A stretch of DNA of 64,000 bases, taken from NCBI RefSeq assembly GCF_964204645.1, contig NC_134026.1:2007950-2071949 (forward strand), read 5' to 3'. This stretch comes from Tubulanus polymorphus (Eukaryota > Animalia > Nemertea). The translations under genes were made by a program, and so were the position numbers. Below the pieces are notes generated by a model. The model had not been told where the DNA came from, made no database searches, and saw only the letters and a list, made by a program, of their open reading frames with translations. Below are positions 11,291-24,496 of the stretch, in pieces. The first letter of the stretch is position 1. Each line of letters begins with the position of its first letter.

Positions 11291-14055
11291 ATGTCATCTT
11301 TTGCACCTACGTCAGATACTTCGAGTAAAGATAAGAGAAACGATGTATCGATGACTGCAGGTGAATTCTTTCCAAGTAAGTGTGTTAATTGTCAAAGGAA
11401 AGAGATCTTGACGGTCTCTTAGAGAGCGGTGGCAGCACGAGCCGGTTAAAATAAAGTGTCCTCTTGTTCCGGGCGGTGTAAGCGGGCTGTCTTACGTGCA
11501 AAGTTTTTGTCAGAAAAAGGTTTTGATAACATATATATTAGATAACTTATGTAGAGATAACTGGGTTATAGTTCGATTTAATTTTTAACAAATAAAAAAA
11601 GATATTGTAATAGCACCTATCATGGCTATAAGTTTTATATTTTTGGATATGTACAAATTAACTATCAGTATCAAAGGGGTAAAAGTTGTATAAAGGGAAT
11701 CCGATTTGAAATCTATGTCTTTTTGAATTTCTACATCACATGTTCAGTAGACACACATGCATACTGTTTAATTGATTCATTTTAGTAATTTTCTGTTGTC
11801 CTTATTGATTGTCTTGAATGTTTTAAGATATTAGATCGGCTATAGCACCATTGAGCTTAGACTGGTCTTTAGTTGTTAGATTGGCTATTCAATATCATCT
11901 TTCAGATGTGTCTAAGATTGAATATAAACCTAATAGTGGTCCAGAAGATGTGCTATGTTTTAAACATTACAATGCCAAAGAGGTACGCAAGAAGATCAGT
12001 TGCAATTATTTTAATGTTGATTACCTGTTGTGTCACCAAATTATTATATGTAACCCTAGGTAATCCATGGTAAAACAATGGAAGATTGGCTGCGGTTTTC
12101 AGTTTGTTACTGGCACACATTCAGAGGAACAGGTAATGAAATAGTACCAAGTAAATAGAAGCCAGTTGCTACCATGACCAGCAGTAAAAAAACAATTACT
12201 ATTTATTACAGGTGCTGATCCATTCGGCTTCCCAACTTTGGTTCGCCCATGGGATGATGGAACAAATTCTATGGAAAATGCCAAAAGAAGATTGAAAGCT
12301 GCGTTCGAGTTTTTCCACAAATTGGGAAATAAGTATTGGTGTTTTCATGATAGGTAAGTTATAGATTCATGTTAGTTTAGAATTTGATAAACGTTCTTAT
12401 GGAAATTAATTTAAAAAAAACTTTATTCCTATTTAGGGATATTGCTCCTGAAGGAAACAACTTAGCCGAGTCGAACAAAAACCTTGAAGAAATTACTGAT
12501 TTGGCATTGGAATTACAGAATCAATACGGAATCAAGTTGCTTTGGGAAACATGTAATTTATTTGCCCACCCGAGGTATATGAATGGTGCTATTACTAATC
12601 CTGATGCACATGTTGTTGCCTATGCTGGTGCTCAAGTTAAGAAGGGCTTAGAAACTGCTAAGAAATTGAGTTCTTCATGTTTTGGTGAGTTATTCCACAA
12701 GCACTTTCATGTTCACCAGTCAATCATTGCCGCAATAATAAAAAACAAACTGATTTTGTATTTCTCATATCCTTAGTTTTCTGGGGAGGAAGAGAAGGCT
12801 TCCATACTTTACTGAACACTGATATAAAGAAAGAATTGGATAACATGGCCAGTTTCTTTCGTATGGTTGTTGGCAAGTAACATTTCCTTGCAAATTACTT
12901 CAATCTTTGCGTTCGATTCTTCCCTTGGTTTAAATAATGTCTTCTGCGTGAAATCAATTACAGCTTATGCTGAGAAGATCGGATTCAAGGGACAGTTATT
13001 GATCGAGCCAAAACCGAAAGAACCTTCCAAGCATCAGTATGACTATGGTAAGATAGGCTCACTGATAATACCTTAACATTTAAATTCAACATAATTCATA
13101 ATTCCATATAACACGTCTATCTTTCAGATGCTATGACAGTTATTGGATTTTTGAAGAATTACAATCTTGACAAACATTTCAAGGTATCGTATTAAAGGTA
13201 TTCATGTTTGTATCTGAAAACAGGTTGATTTTTGCAAAGTTTTGTCTAACATTGTCTAGTCTCATTAATTGCAGGTAAATGTTGAACCAAACCACACCAC
13301 TCTTGCTGGACATTGCTACGAGCATGATGTTATAATGGCGTCAACGTTTGGAATGTTGGGATCGATTGATTCAAATACTGGCTCTCCAGATCTCGGCTGG
13401 GACACAGATCAGTTTCCCATGGATGCAAAACTAACCACTGCAGTTATGCGGGTACATATCCAACCGAAAACTACACATGCTTAGGTTTTTAATGTGATTG
13501 TAAAATTGTATCTACTTAACGGTTTTATCCAGGTAGTAATAAAGCAAGGAGGTTTGCAGCCTGGAGGTTTGAATTTTGATTGTAAAGTGCGGAGGGAGTC
13601 AACAGATGTGGTTGATATGTTTGTATCACATATCGGTATGTTTCAGGAATCATTGATTATTCAATTGAAAATGTGTGGATACAATCATTCCCAATGACAC
13701 GATCCTGGTACTAGTACAATGTATCTTCATTTCTAGGGGCAATGGATGCGTTTGCAAGAGGTTTGAAATCTGCTGTTAAAATGGGTGATGATGGAGTATT
13801 TGATCGCCGACTGAAGGAAAGATATCAAAGTTTTGAAACTGATATTGGTGCTAAAATTGCTGCTGGGACTTCTTCTTTAGAAGAACTTGAGGTACCTATG
13901 AATTAGCTGTGTAATCCATCAATTAGATCTTGGCACTAAAGATATTGAGCAGTTCTTTTCGTGTCTTACAGGATTACGTTATGGCTAATGGTGAGCCGAA
14001 AATGATTTCTGGGAAACAAGAGGAGCTGGAGATGATTTATAACTATTACGTCTAA
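11291..14055 (+). CDS. xylA: Xylose isomerase, class II (XylA-like), multi-exon
   Basis: Motifs [69 protein letters not shown] and SGKQEELE; spliceosomal introns; stop at 14053-14055. Confidence 0.95.
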
Positions 14056-14559
14056 GAATAATTCTTAGTTCACTATATGAACTATCTGTCCTCCGTAACT
14101 CTATCAAAATGTAATTCTGTCTGTGATTATCATATCGTATAATTTAGTCTACAAATTATTCTTACATTATGAAATAAAATTGTTAAAGTAAAATTAATTA
14201 ACGTTAATTTAGCATTTTATGTTGGGATTCAAGATTTATGTATTTGCCATAGGAGTCAACTTATATTTTCATTTAACATGAAAATGCCCAAATAGTTATT
14301 CGTATTGTTAGGGTTGCTGTGTGCCGTGATTGGTGATGTTGATTGGTAGCTGGCGGCGGCTGGTGTGTGCTTGCCATAAAAATATACAATTGTTTGTGTC
14401 TATACATAGTTTGTCCTTTTATCGTTACAGCGGCTGATACACAACTTTTCGATATTTTGAACAATAGTTTATTTCCGGGTTCGAAAAACTTACTTTTCCC
14501 ATAATATATATACATTTATTTATAATTATTGTTAATTCTGGCAACTATCCAATGCCAAA

Positions 14560-17500
14560 ATGACTCAGCTGATGGGTTTAGCGGGTCAGATTCCAAACTC
14601 TCTCCCTCCTGTTATAAATATCGATGATAAAGTTGATAACATGGTTCAGCAAATTTTGGTAAGAAAACACACACAGACAAAAAAAGGAAATTTCAAATTC
14701 GTTTATTGTATGTAGGCTTAATGCCGTTTCGATTTTTTTAGAGAGCAGATGTTATACAAGAATGCTTTGGTGGATATATTGTCAGATCCGATAAAAATGA
14801 GAAGATGATGAAAGATTCAAGTTTCAGTATCTTAAGACATCAATGGAATACTTTAACCGTTGTGAGTTGGATTAATCGCTGTACTGATAATAGTATATAG
14901 TTTGATTTGACTTGATATTCACTGTTAATAATGCATTTGTTCGTAGGAAAGTCAAGACGCATTCATTCATTCGTTTGTACAAAACATTCATAAACAAAGA
15001 AATATAAAGCGTATTCAGATGTTGATGGATATGCTCGAATCAATGGTTGAACATAATCTCGTACCAGCTAAGTTAGTAGGATTAGATTTGCTTTCATTGA
15101 AATTACGTTCATAATTCAAGGAATGAAATAGATATTTGGTGTACCGTATTTTGTATTCATTTTGTTGCAGAGCAATTTGTGAATCTCTGGTGAATTGTGA
15201 TAAGCTGAATTATAAAGCTTGTGATTTGTGGTGTTCGTCATTTTGGCTGATGAGAAAAATCATTGGGGGAGTTGACTACAAGGTTTGTAAATTTTGCAGT
15301 TCAAATGAAAGGGAAACCTGTTCTCTTATCATGAATGCTAATAGCGGAGATTGTTTATACATTTCAGGGATGTCGAGATTTGTTGCGATTGATTTTAGAA
15401 AAATGTTCACTGATTCCTCAGTCTGAGAATATTTCTGCTCTAGCACAAGTTGAAGCTCTTCAAACTGTAAGTAATGGATGAAAAGATGTATTTTTGTACT
15501 ACTCACATTGCCATGTCTTAATGAATAGCTGTCTTAATTCTAATAGCTGATTTTGATTTCAGGTTGTTGATTATATCCTGGATCGTAACGCTTGTCTTCT
15601 GCCGAGTTACTTCGCTGTTAATGAAATCACTAAGCTTTTCCCCGATGATCGTCCCTGGCCCCATTGGGTATATCAAAATTTTTTACTCAATTACCTCAAT
15701 TGGTACTGAATACTTTTGATGTTGCTGGTCGCTCAAGGCTAGACTGGATAATCATTGGAAAGATTAAGCTCCAAGCAATACCTGTGCTTTAACTTAATTT
15801 TGTCAACGAACTGCATATCACTTTATTTTGCTGTTGCTGTAAGTGTGTATTATATTTATAGAAACTTGGTGAGCGACTGAGTAGATTTGTGCAGAGTTTT
15901 CGACCGACTGCACAAATGGTAACCGTAGCTGGACGATCGAATTTACTGCCAATAGTTGGCCATTCGAGTCCGACAGTTAACATGTGGAAATTGAACCCGA
16001 GCACATTGAGATTCGCTCTCAGTGGACCTCTACCTTATGACAAGGTACTTGATAAATTTGAAAAAAAAAAACCAGTTTATTGCATCTATATTTTCATTTG
16101 TATCTCATTAATCTCTATATATGGACTAATTTATAGGCTTTATATGAATCTCAAACTGGTTTATTGAGATATGTCTTGGAACAGCCGTATTCACGCGATA
16201 TGGTTTGCAGCATGCTCAGTTTGAACAAACAGGTAATAAACAGTCAGTGATTTGAGTTTATTCGAGTGTACGTGAGGTAAGCATTTGAATGTATATTTTA
16301 CGAATATTTTACAGATGAAACAGAGAAGTGTCGTGCTCGAAGAACAATTAGTCGATCTAGTTGTTCTAGCGATGGAACGATCGGAGAATGAGGAAGGAGA
16401 TGATGGAAGCATGAGCCAGTTGCTCTGGCAACATTTATCTAGTCAGTTGATATTCTTGGTGTTATTCCAGTTCGCGAGTTTTCCTCACATGGTCATGGAA
16501 CTTTACAGCAAGGTAGTAGAGATGATTGTCAAAGTACTATTCGATTTTGAAGTCGAGCTTCAGTATAGAAAATGTGTTTCTTCATCTTAAATATAGTTAC
16601 AAGGAAGGAATTTACGCAAAGGAAGAGATCATCTCATGTGGGTTTTACTACAATTCATATCTGGCAGCATCCAAAAAAATCCTGTGCGTATGAAATAACT
16701 TCTAACTGCAGAATTTTCATTCAAAATTTGATCTTAATTTGTTTTTTCTTAAAAAATTGTTTTGCAGTTGGTAGATTTCTTACCAGTTTTAAAGTTGTAC
16801 GATCTGTTATATCCGGAAGATGAGGTGCTGGCAGACCCCGATATCAATAAACCGAGTTGTACTTACGCGATGGCAGCCACGTGCATCTGGATTCACTTGA
16901 GCAAGAAAGCACAAAATGACAAGGAAAAATTGAAGCGTCCATTTCCGAATTCTATTAAGGGACACCTTGAGTGAGCACTTATCCATTCATAACAATAAGA
17001 ATACCTGTAGATGATAATTTCAATACGTTATTCACATGATTCGTTAACTCTTTTCCAGGATGTTAAAAGTCTGCCTCAATAACAAGCAATTACCGATGAC
17101 AGATTACAGGATAGCGCTACTATGCAATGCATGTAAGTCTTCCTTTAATATTTGAATATCTTCTCGGAGAAATTGTCGATTCTAATCTGTAATTCTGATG
17201 TCTATTCTACAGACAGCACAAATTCAGATTATTTCGCGTTGCCGATGGGTGTCCTGGTTGAAACGATATACGGTAATGGCAAAACGAATACGACGACCAT
17301 GCTTCCCGGGAACGTACCAGCCGCTGCACCTATTCATCCATTACCTATGAGTCTCCTCGATTCTCTTACTGTCCACGCTAAAATGAGGTAAGATTCCCTC
17401 AAAATACACTAATTAATTCAGGGGAATATTTCTAGTAAATATTTCTTGAAATAATTTCCTGTTTTTCTCTCGCAGTCTTATTCATAGTATAGTCGCTCGC

Positions 17501-20500
17501 GTGATAAGACTCGGTCAAACGAAGGCTAATTTTGCCCTGGCTCCTGCTCTGGTTGAGACATACAGTCGCCTACTCGTTTACATGGAAATAGAAACATTAG
17601 GAATCAAAGGATTCATCAGTAACTATGATACATTGTCATTTTCAGAACGCATTAACTTTTAACTCCAAATTGTAGCAGTCTTTTGATAAGTCATGTCTTT
17701 TGTTCTCTTTCAGGTCAACTTCTTCCGAATGTATTTAAAAGTCATGCTTGGGGCATTCTACATACTCTGCTAGAGATGTTCAGCTATCGGCTTCATCATA
17801 TACAACCGCATTATAGAGTACAACTATTGGGTCATCTTCATTCATTATCATCATTAGCACAAACTAATCAAACTCAGTTGCATTTATGGTAAGTTCCTTC
17901 ATTATACTAAAACGCAAACCTTGAATACATATTATTTCAGATGATGAATTACCATGTACATCTAATTTCAGTGTGGAGAGTACAGCTCTGCGTCTTATTA
18001 CCGGACTTGGAAGTTCTGAAGTTCAACCCCAACTGTCAAGGTTTTCGAGTGAACCAAAAACGTTAGCCTTGTTGTCTGGAGATTCCGAAGAATTGAATCG
18101 AGCGCTTGTTCTCACATTAGCTCGCGCGCTTCATGTAACAGGTAAAAGAGATTTGTTCTCGAAACCTGAAGATATAATGCCATGACAGACAGGTCGATTG
18201 ATTGATATGATAATGTTTTATTATGTAGGTGCTGAGACACTGTCTAGTAGTTGGTGTAAGGAGATACTAGCATCGATAATGCAAAGCACACCTCACGGCT
18301 GGTCGACCCATACGCTCTCCTGCTTCCCACATACTCTGAATGAATTTTTCCAGGCAAATCCGATACAGAAAGAAGACAAGGGCATTCTAAAAAGAAATGT
18401 TGAAACTGAATACCGAAAGTGGAAAAGTGAGTCTAACTAAAACCTCCACTTCCATTTCATGTTATGATTATATTGACAGTTTGTTATTTCGCTGATTTAT
18501 TTTAGGTATGGGGAATGAGAATGATATCATTGCACATTTCTCAATGCAAGGAACGTCTCCTTTGTTTCTATGGTATGTGAATTTATATCTCTCCTCATTT
18601 GATATCAGTTCACAAAAAATAGAAATACCGGTACCGGTATATAAATTGTATTGTTGATTTGTTTAGTATTTTGTGGAAGAGTCTATTAGAAGATAACCGT
18701 ATTTCACCAATAGGATACAAGTAAGTTGACTTTCATCTGTTGATTGAAATGTGTCCTGGCGATGCAAGCCAAGTTTAGAATGTTTTATTCCATGAAAATT
18801 TAGAGTGTTGGATCGACTGGGCCCACGAGCTTTGTCTGCACATTTGAGAACATTCGCGGATTATTTAGTGTTTGAGTTTTCTACATCTGGAGTCGGCCAT
18901 CACGTGACAAAGGTAAGGTGATACCGTGAAGAACACAGTTATGGGTTTTGATATTTCTTTCCACAGAACTGTTAAGATATCTTTCTGCCAATTTTCAGTG
19001 TGTTGAAGCTTTGAATGACATGATATGGAAACACAATGTAATCACTATTGATAGATTGATATTGTGCTTGGTAAGTATCCAAATAATTCAAACTTTCAAT
19101 CGAATCTTCAATTAGATGTTGTAGTTTGTAACTCAACGTTTGTTTGATTTTCAGGCTTTGCGAAATCTAGAAGGCAGTGAAGCACAAGTTTGCTTTTTCA
19201 TCATACAACTTCTGTTGTTGAAACCATCTGATTTTCGTAATAGGGTCAATGAATTTATCAAAGAGGTACATGTATATGCACACTGCCATTTCCATGGTAT
19301 TGTGTTAATTTCCTGACTTACAGTTTCATTGAGATGTTGATATTATTTTAGAATTCACCTGAACATTGGATGATGAATAATTGGCATGATAAACACATGG
19401 CATTTCACAGAGTAAGTTTCCACTACGAGACGCTGCAAACTGTTTTCATATTCATGAAGTATCTGATATACAAGTTGAAATTTATTTCAGAAATTTCCAG
19501 AAAGATTCTATCACGAATCTATGTCGGATATTTCTACACAAGCCAATCAAATGTTACCTGTATATTTCGGAAATGTCTGTCTACGCTTTTTACCGGTAAG
19601 TTGGCGATTGAGGCAAAATATAACAAACAATAATGAAATATCCTGATCTGCTGCAGATGAACAGTTGATAATTTTACTTTATTTTTTAGGTTTTCGATAT
19701 TGTAATACACAGATTCCTTGAACTTCCACCTGTAGCCAAATCATTGGAAATACTTTTAGACCATCTTGGTGATTTGTATAAATTTCATGGTTAGTTGTAA
19801 TATACCATAATTTGTAATCTATGATACATAACTGCTGCTTGTACTCAGTGACTGTAAATTACGTAGATCGCCCAGTGACGTATCTCTGCAACACCCTTCA
19901 CTATTACGAGAAGAAACTGCGAGATAGACCAGCTTTAAAGAGAAAACTTGTCAAGGCAATCATAGGTACACCATTAACTATAATTATGTCTCCAATGACT
20001 TATAACGTAAGATCCATCGGCGTTCTTCATGCTATAATACATTTCATCATTTCATTGACTTTGCATTTTAAAGGATCTCTGAAAGAAATTCGTCCAAACA
20101 ATTGGTGTTTGACCGAACAATATCAATTGTACATGCAACAGGCTGATGATGACATCAATTGGATTCCTGACCATGACTATTATGTGCATATCATCGGACG
20201 TTTGGTTGATAGTATCCTTTAGATAATATTATAATCATCTAGTTAATACAAGTATTTAGAATGCCAACTTCAGTATGCTGCAATCTAACCTTAACTATTG
20301 TTCAGCCATATGTGGTAAAAATCCACCAACATTCCCAAACTTTGATTGGAGGTTCAATGAATTTCCGAATCCAGCAGCGCACGCTCTGCATTCAACTTGT
20401 GTAGAATTGATGGCTCTACCAGTAGCATCAGAAACAGTTGGGAACGCGCTTCTAGATATCGTACTGAAAGGATCAACTCAAATTCCTCGAGACCAAATTA

Positions 20501-21815
20501 TGGCTTGGATGAATGCAATTGGATTAGTATTGACTGCATTACCGGTATGTTTGACTGAAATATTCTGATGAATTTCAAAGAAATACATAGATATATTTGA
20601 TATTCACTATCTATTTCGCAGGAAAGTTACTGGTCGGTAATCAATGAGAAAATCCTTGAAGTGATGCAGAACTTGCAGCAGACGAATCTTCCACCAAATG
20701 TTGATCTGTTTCAAATATTCAACTTTACTCTCAGTTACAATCTTTATTGCGAGATGGAATGTGCTTATCTGTTGTGTCTCTGTCACGCAGTATGGCAGCA
20801 CGCCAGCATTGGACAACTTAGTGTACTTCCTATGTTAGTATTCCTATAGAAACTGGACTCATGACAATAGTTGTTGATAGTCGTAATTTTACTCAACAGT
20901 TTCAAATTAATTAATTTTTGGCTCCGTGGAGTGTGAGACATGGTCAGGTCTTGCTAATCGAAAGATTTTCTCTTGTTGTTGTTGTTGTTTCAATTGTTTT
21001 TCTAAATCTCTTAGGTTTATGAAAGAAAAGTTACGAGGAGTAATCAAGACAGAATCTCAATATTTACTTCTGTGTCACATCATCGGACCGTTCTTACCGC
21101 GATTTCATGCTGAACGAACTCGCTGTCTCTTAGAGGTGATTTCAACGCATACAATACAGATCTGTATCATTATTCATACATAACCTGTATTTATTTTATA
21201 TGTAACAAATGGGTATAAATTAAATACATTGTTTCATATTTCAGTTAACTGTTGAACTGTATGAAATTCTTGCCAACGTCGACAAAGCTTCTGATCATCT
21301 GAGTTATATGGATCCAATCAGCGATTTCCTGTATCCTTTAACTATTCAAACCTCTAATCGATAAAGAGATGAATGAAAAACCCACAGTAAGAAGAAATAA
21401 CTATTAGTAATAGAGTATTTGGTATTTCGACTCAATTCTATGAGCCATTTTCAAAGCTGTTGAGTACCAGTACTAAAAATGACTCACAGAATTGAGTCAA
21501 AACGTCAAATACTCTCATAGTTTTTTCTTCATATTGTGGGGTTTTTTTTCAATTGATTTAGACAGTCACTGCTCTATTGAAACCATTGATAAGGAATGAT
21601 CTTATTAGATTCTTAACGCTGACTACAGATATCATATCAAATACATGTTCGTCGGTGATGGCGTCAAAACTGACGTCGAGAAAATTATTCGTAATTATCG
21701 ACCAGCTTTACAACTACGTCTGCGGTTCATCGCGCATCACGGTAAAGAGGATCCCGGACACGCTGCATCAATACCAGCTCCATCATCCGTTTCATCTGTC
21801 TCTAGTAACAATTAA
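14560..21815 (+). CDS. MED23: Mediator complex subunit 23, with many short exons
   Basis: Conserved segments RKIIGGVDYK, QLLWQHLSSQLIFLVLFQFASFP, LDSLTVHAKM, HAWGILHTLLEMFSYRLHH, DWRFNEFPNPAAHAL and YHIKYMFVGD. Start codon uncertain (14560, 14572 or 14641). Confidence 0.95.
20212..20305 (+). other. U12-type GT-AG intron in MED23
   Basis: Donor GTATCCTTT; branch ACCTTAAC (20288-20295); splicing gives LVD-T-ICG. Confidence 0.9.
21331..21628 (+). other. Second U12-type GT-AG intron in MED23 (last intron)
   Basis: Donor GTATCCTTTA; branch TTCTTAAC (21610-21617); splicing gives DF-L-YHIKY. Confidence 0.88.
21412..21515. repeat. Imperfect inverted repeat with about 40-bp arms (MITE-like hairpin) inside the MED23 U12 intron
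   Basis: agagtatttggtatttcgactcaattctatgagccatttt pairs with aaaatgactcacagaattgagtcaaaacgtcaaatactct. Confidence 0.8.
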
Positions 21816-23101
21816 AGCTAATAAGAACTGATTGTCTTATTTTCTGATAGTGTATTACGCAATCTTATTTATATACAATGTACATGATTTTATATCAGTT
21901 TTTGTTCATGTGTAAACGAAAGAGAAATGTTGTAAGAATTTTCAATCATGCAAATTATTATTGGTAATTGCTATGTAATTGTAATCTTTGTCAAAATGAT
22001 GTCTGGATCAGTGGATTTGTAATCGATGTACAGAACACATACGCGAGAATGTATCGCTAAGAATTGGAAGGTTTTGTATGTGATACATTGGAATCGTTAA
22101 AACTCAGATACTTTCTCCACCTGAGTAATTATTGCATTTCTTGATGATTATCTTTAACTGTAAATATACATGTATAATGTATTGTGCTGTTGTTTAGTTT
22201 CTAAATAAATGCGAATATATGAATATCTCGAGTATGTGTTGGTTTTTACGCAAAGTACATCAACACCAAGGAAGTCCATGCTATGATATGAACACGTGAA
22301 CTCCTACTTTGACATTTTTGAACCTAAGAATTAAACTGCAAGGATCATCCGAGTCTGGGGAATAAGATGAACTCGCAATTAATGGGACACTGCCCAGTAT
22401 TACATTTATATCTTTCACATCTTCCAACCATACGAGGCTCGAAAGCGGATCCACCGGTATCTGGGATTGTCCTCCTACCTTTACGTGTAAGGAATTCTTT
22501 GTAATATTCAGATGGGGGCAAACTGTTGCAAACATGTACCTACGCACTTGTTCGAATGAGGTATTGCACCATATTATGCATTAATAATGATATTACAGTT
22601 TATTAATTGTCAAAGCCTACACTTGTATGACATAGAACAGGAACATATGTTCTTCCTACAGACATACGTGCGTGGCGGATGCAATGTAACAACGAGAACA
22701 AATAGTTATCATTCGGGAATGATATTTGATTTTGTTACATTCATATATTTCATACGATACATATATGCATAACTACAAATCTGAGTAAATCGTATTAAAT
22801 TTCAGTGCAAACTTTGTATTAGTACAAATGTATATTATATGTGACAAATATATGTCTAAATGCAAAATATGTTAGGCCCTAGTAAAGAGAAAAATATATG
22901 TACATGCATATTGATATCGTCCTGAATTTCATTCCATACATCTTTCATGATGCAGTTTCAGCAAAACATTAATGTGATATTCGTCTTTTTATGATCAACT
23001 TATTTCTTACACGTTTTAAACTGTGTTTCCAATATACGAGAGGAGACCGTCATCACACTCTCCTCATTCGATCCTCAAAAGGACCATGAATTTTACTCAG
23101 A

Positions 23102-24000
23102 TTGGTCGGACTTATTAAACAGTTACATCCTCCTCATGTCTGTTGCAAACAAATCTACCGTCTTGTGTCAATGGTCATTCTTCTGATCATATTTCTATCA
23201 GGAGCCTTCGCAAATTCAGCTACTTTCCTGATAATGATAAGTCACAGATTCCGCAGTTTATCTTACGCTAACTATCTTATTATTTTGTCAGTCACTGATC
23301 TTATGTAGTGCATGAATTTTTCTTCTATGCCTATTTTACAGTTTATTTTCTTGCATGTAAACGTCAGTCCTGTATTCATTATGAATTCACGGATTAGTTG
23401 TCAAATCTACGATTTTCTAATGTCACTTGCAGCACTGAACAGTTCGTGGTTAATAGTAGCAATATCTCTAGAACGTGCGGCAGTTGTGCTCTTCCCGTTC
23501 ACATCTCGTTTGATATGTACACCTAAGTTCGCAAGATTTGCTATATCGATAATTATTGCAGTGGATATACTGGTTCTAAATCTTATGCCAACTTTGTCGA
23601 TTCATTTTACCGACCAGTTTTTCGTATGTTACTTGAATAAATAACGCTATTAAGTTACTGGTACCACAAGTGTCATTTACGTGAATATTCTACATCTTTG
23701 ATTGCATCAAATTCTTTGATAACAGTTCAGTTGTTAAGAGGTTCAAAAATGATTTTGTCCGATCATAAAACTACAAAATCAAGATGTACAACAATAATGC
23801 TTGTATTACAGTTACTAGTAGTTTCACTCGCAATATTTACACTTCCAACCACTATTACTGTAATCGATTATCAGCTCCCCCGGAACGAAAGAGTTCGATA
23901 TTTTCACTCAGTTTCAAGTTTTTAACTATGTCATTAATCTTTACATATATCTTTTGACTGAGACGAGAAATACGTGAATACTTCTGTGCAAAAATACATT
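23102..24000 (+). pseudogene. Disrupted intronless class A (rhodopsin-like) GPCR
   Basis: TM1 GAFANSATF, TM2 YLIILSVTDL and TM3 WLIVAISLERA followed by PF..R..CT; in-frame TAG at 23306-23308, a stop at 23644 and a frame change before 23698. Confidence 0.75.
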
Positions 24001-24496
24001 GTAGAAATTCGAACAAATAAGTTTGCATACTGCTGAGTGGCATCTCGATGAGCGACACAAGGAAAACGTACAACGATATAACCTGTAACAGATTTACTCG
24101 CATCCACAACTGTTGTATTTTTACCAATTCTCCCGGAGCAGACATCTTCTCTCAGTTCCACCAAAACTCGGTCCGGGGGTCTCTAGTCATACCCCGCGGC
24201 ATAGATGATGCATTAGTTGTTTAAACTGACTAATTTTTGTAAGGATGGAATTCAACTGATTACTTCTGTTAAAATGATTTACGATGATTGATTATTGTTT
24301 CAGGTTTGGAATTTCGTTCCCGGCGCTTATCCGATTTGTGAGAGTCCACATTTTCATTTTAGTGTTACTTAAGCCGGCTGCCGGAGATTAGTGTGTTGTG
24401 AAATGACGTAATTTTGGAAATGCCGGAAATTAAAACAAATATCAATTAATTTAATCCTCAGGTCCGTGTCCGTATCCTGTTTTTCATAGACAAACT

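Noticed and set aside
11291-14055. Xylose isomerase as bacterial contamination or recent horizontal transfer
   Set aside because: It has many spliceosomal introns and host-like composition, and is contiguous with MED23 and ZDHHC.
22281-22547. 88-codon minus-strand ORF with protein-like composition
   Set aside because: No family recognised and no convincing start or upstream exon found; cannot be supported without a search.
23306-23308. In-frame TAG in the GPCR as programmed readthrough
   Set aside because: Additional stops and a frameshift downstream indicate decay instead.
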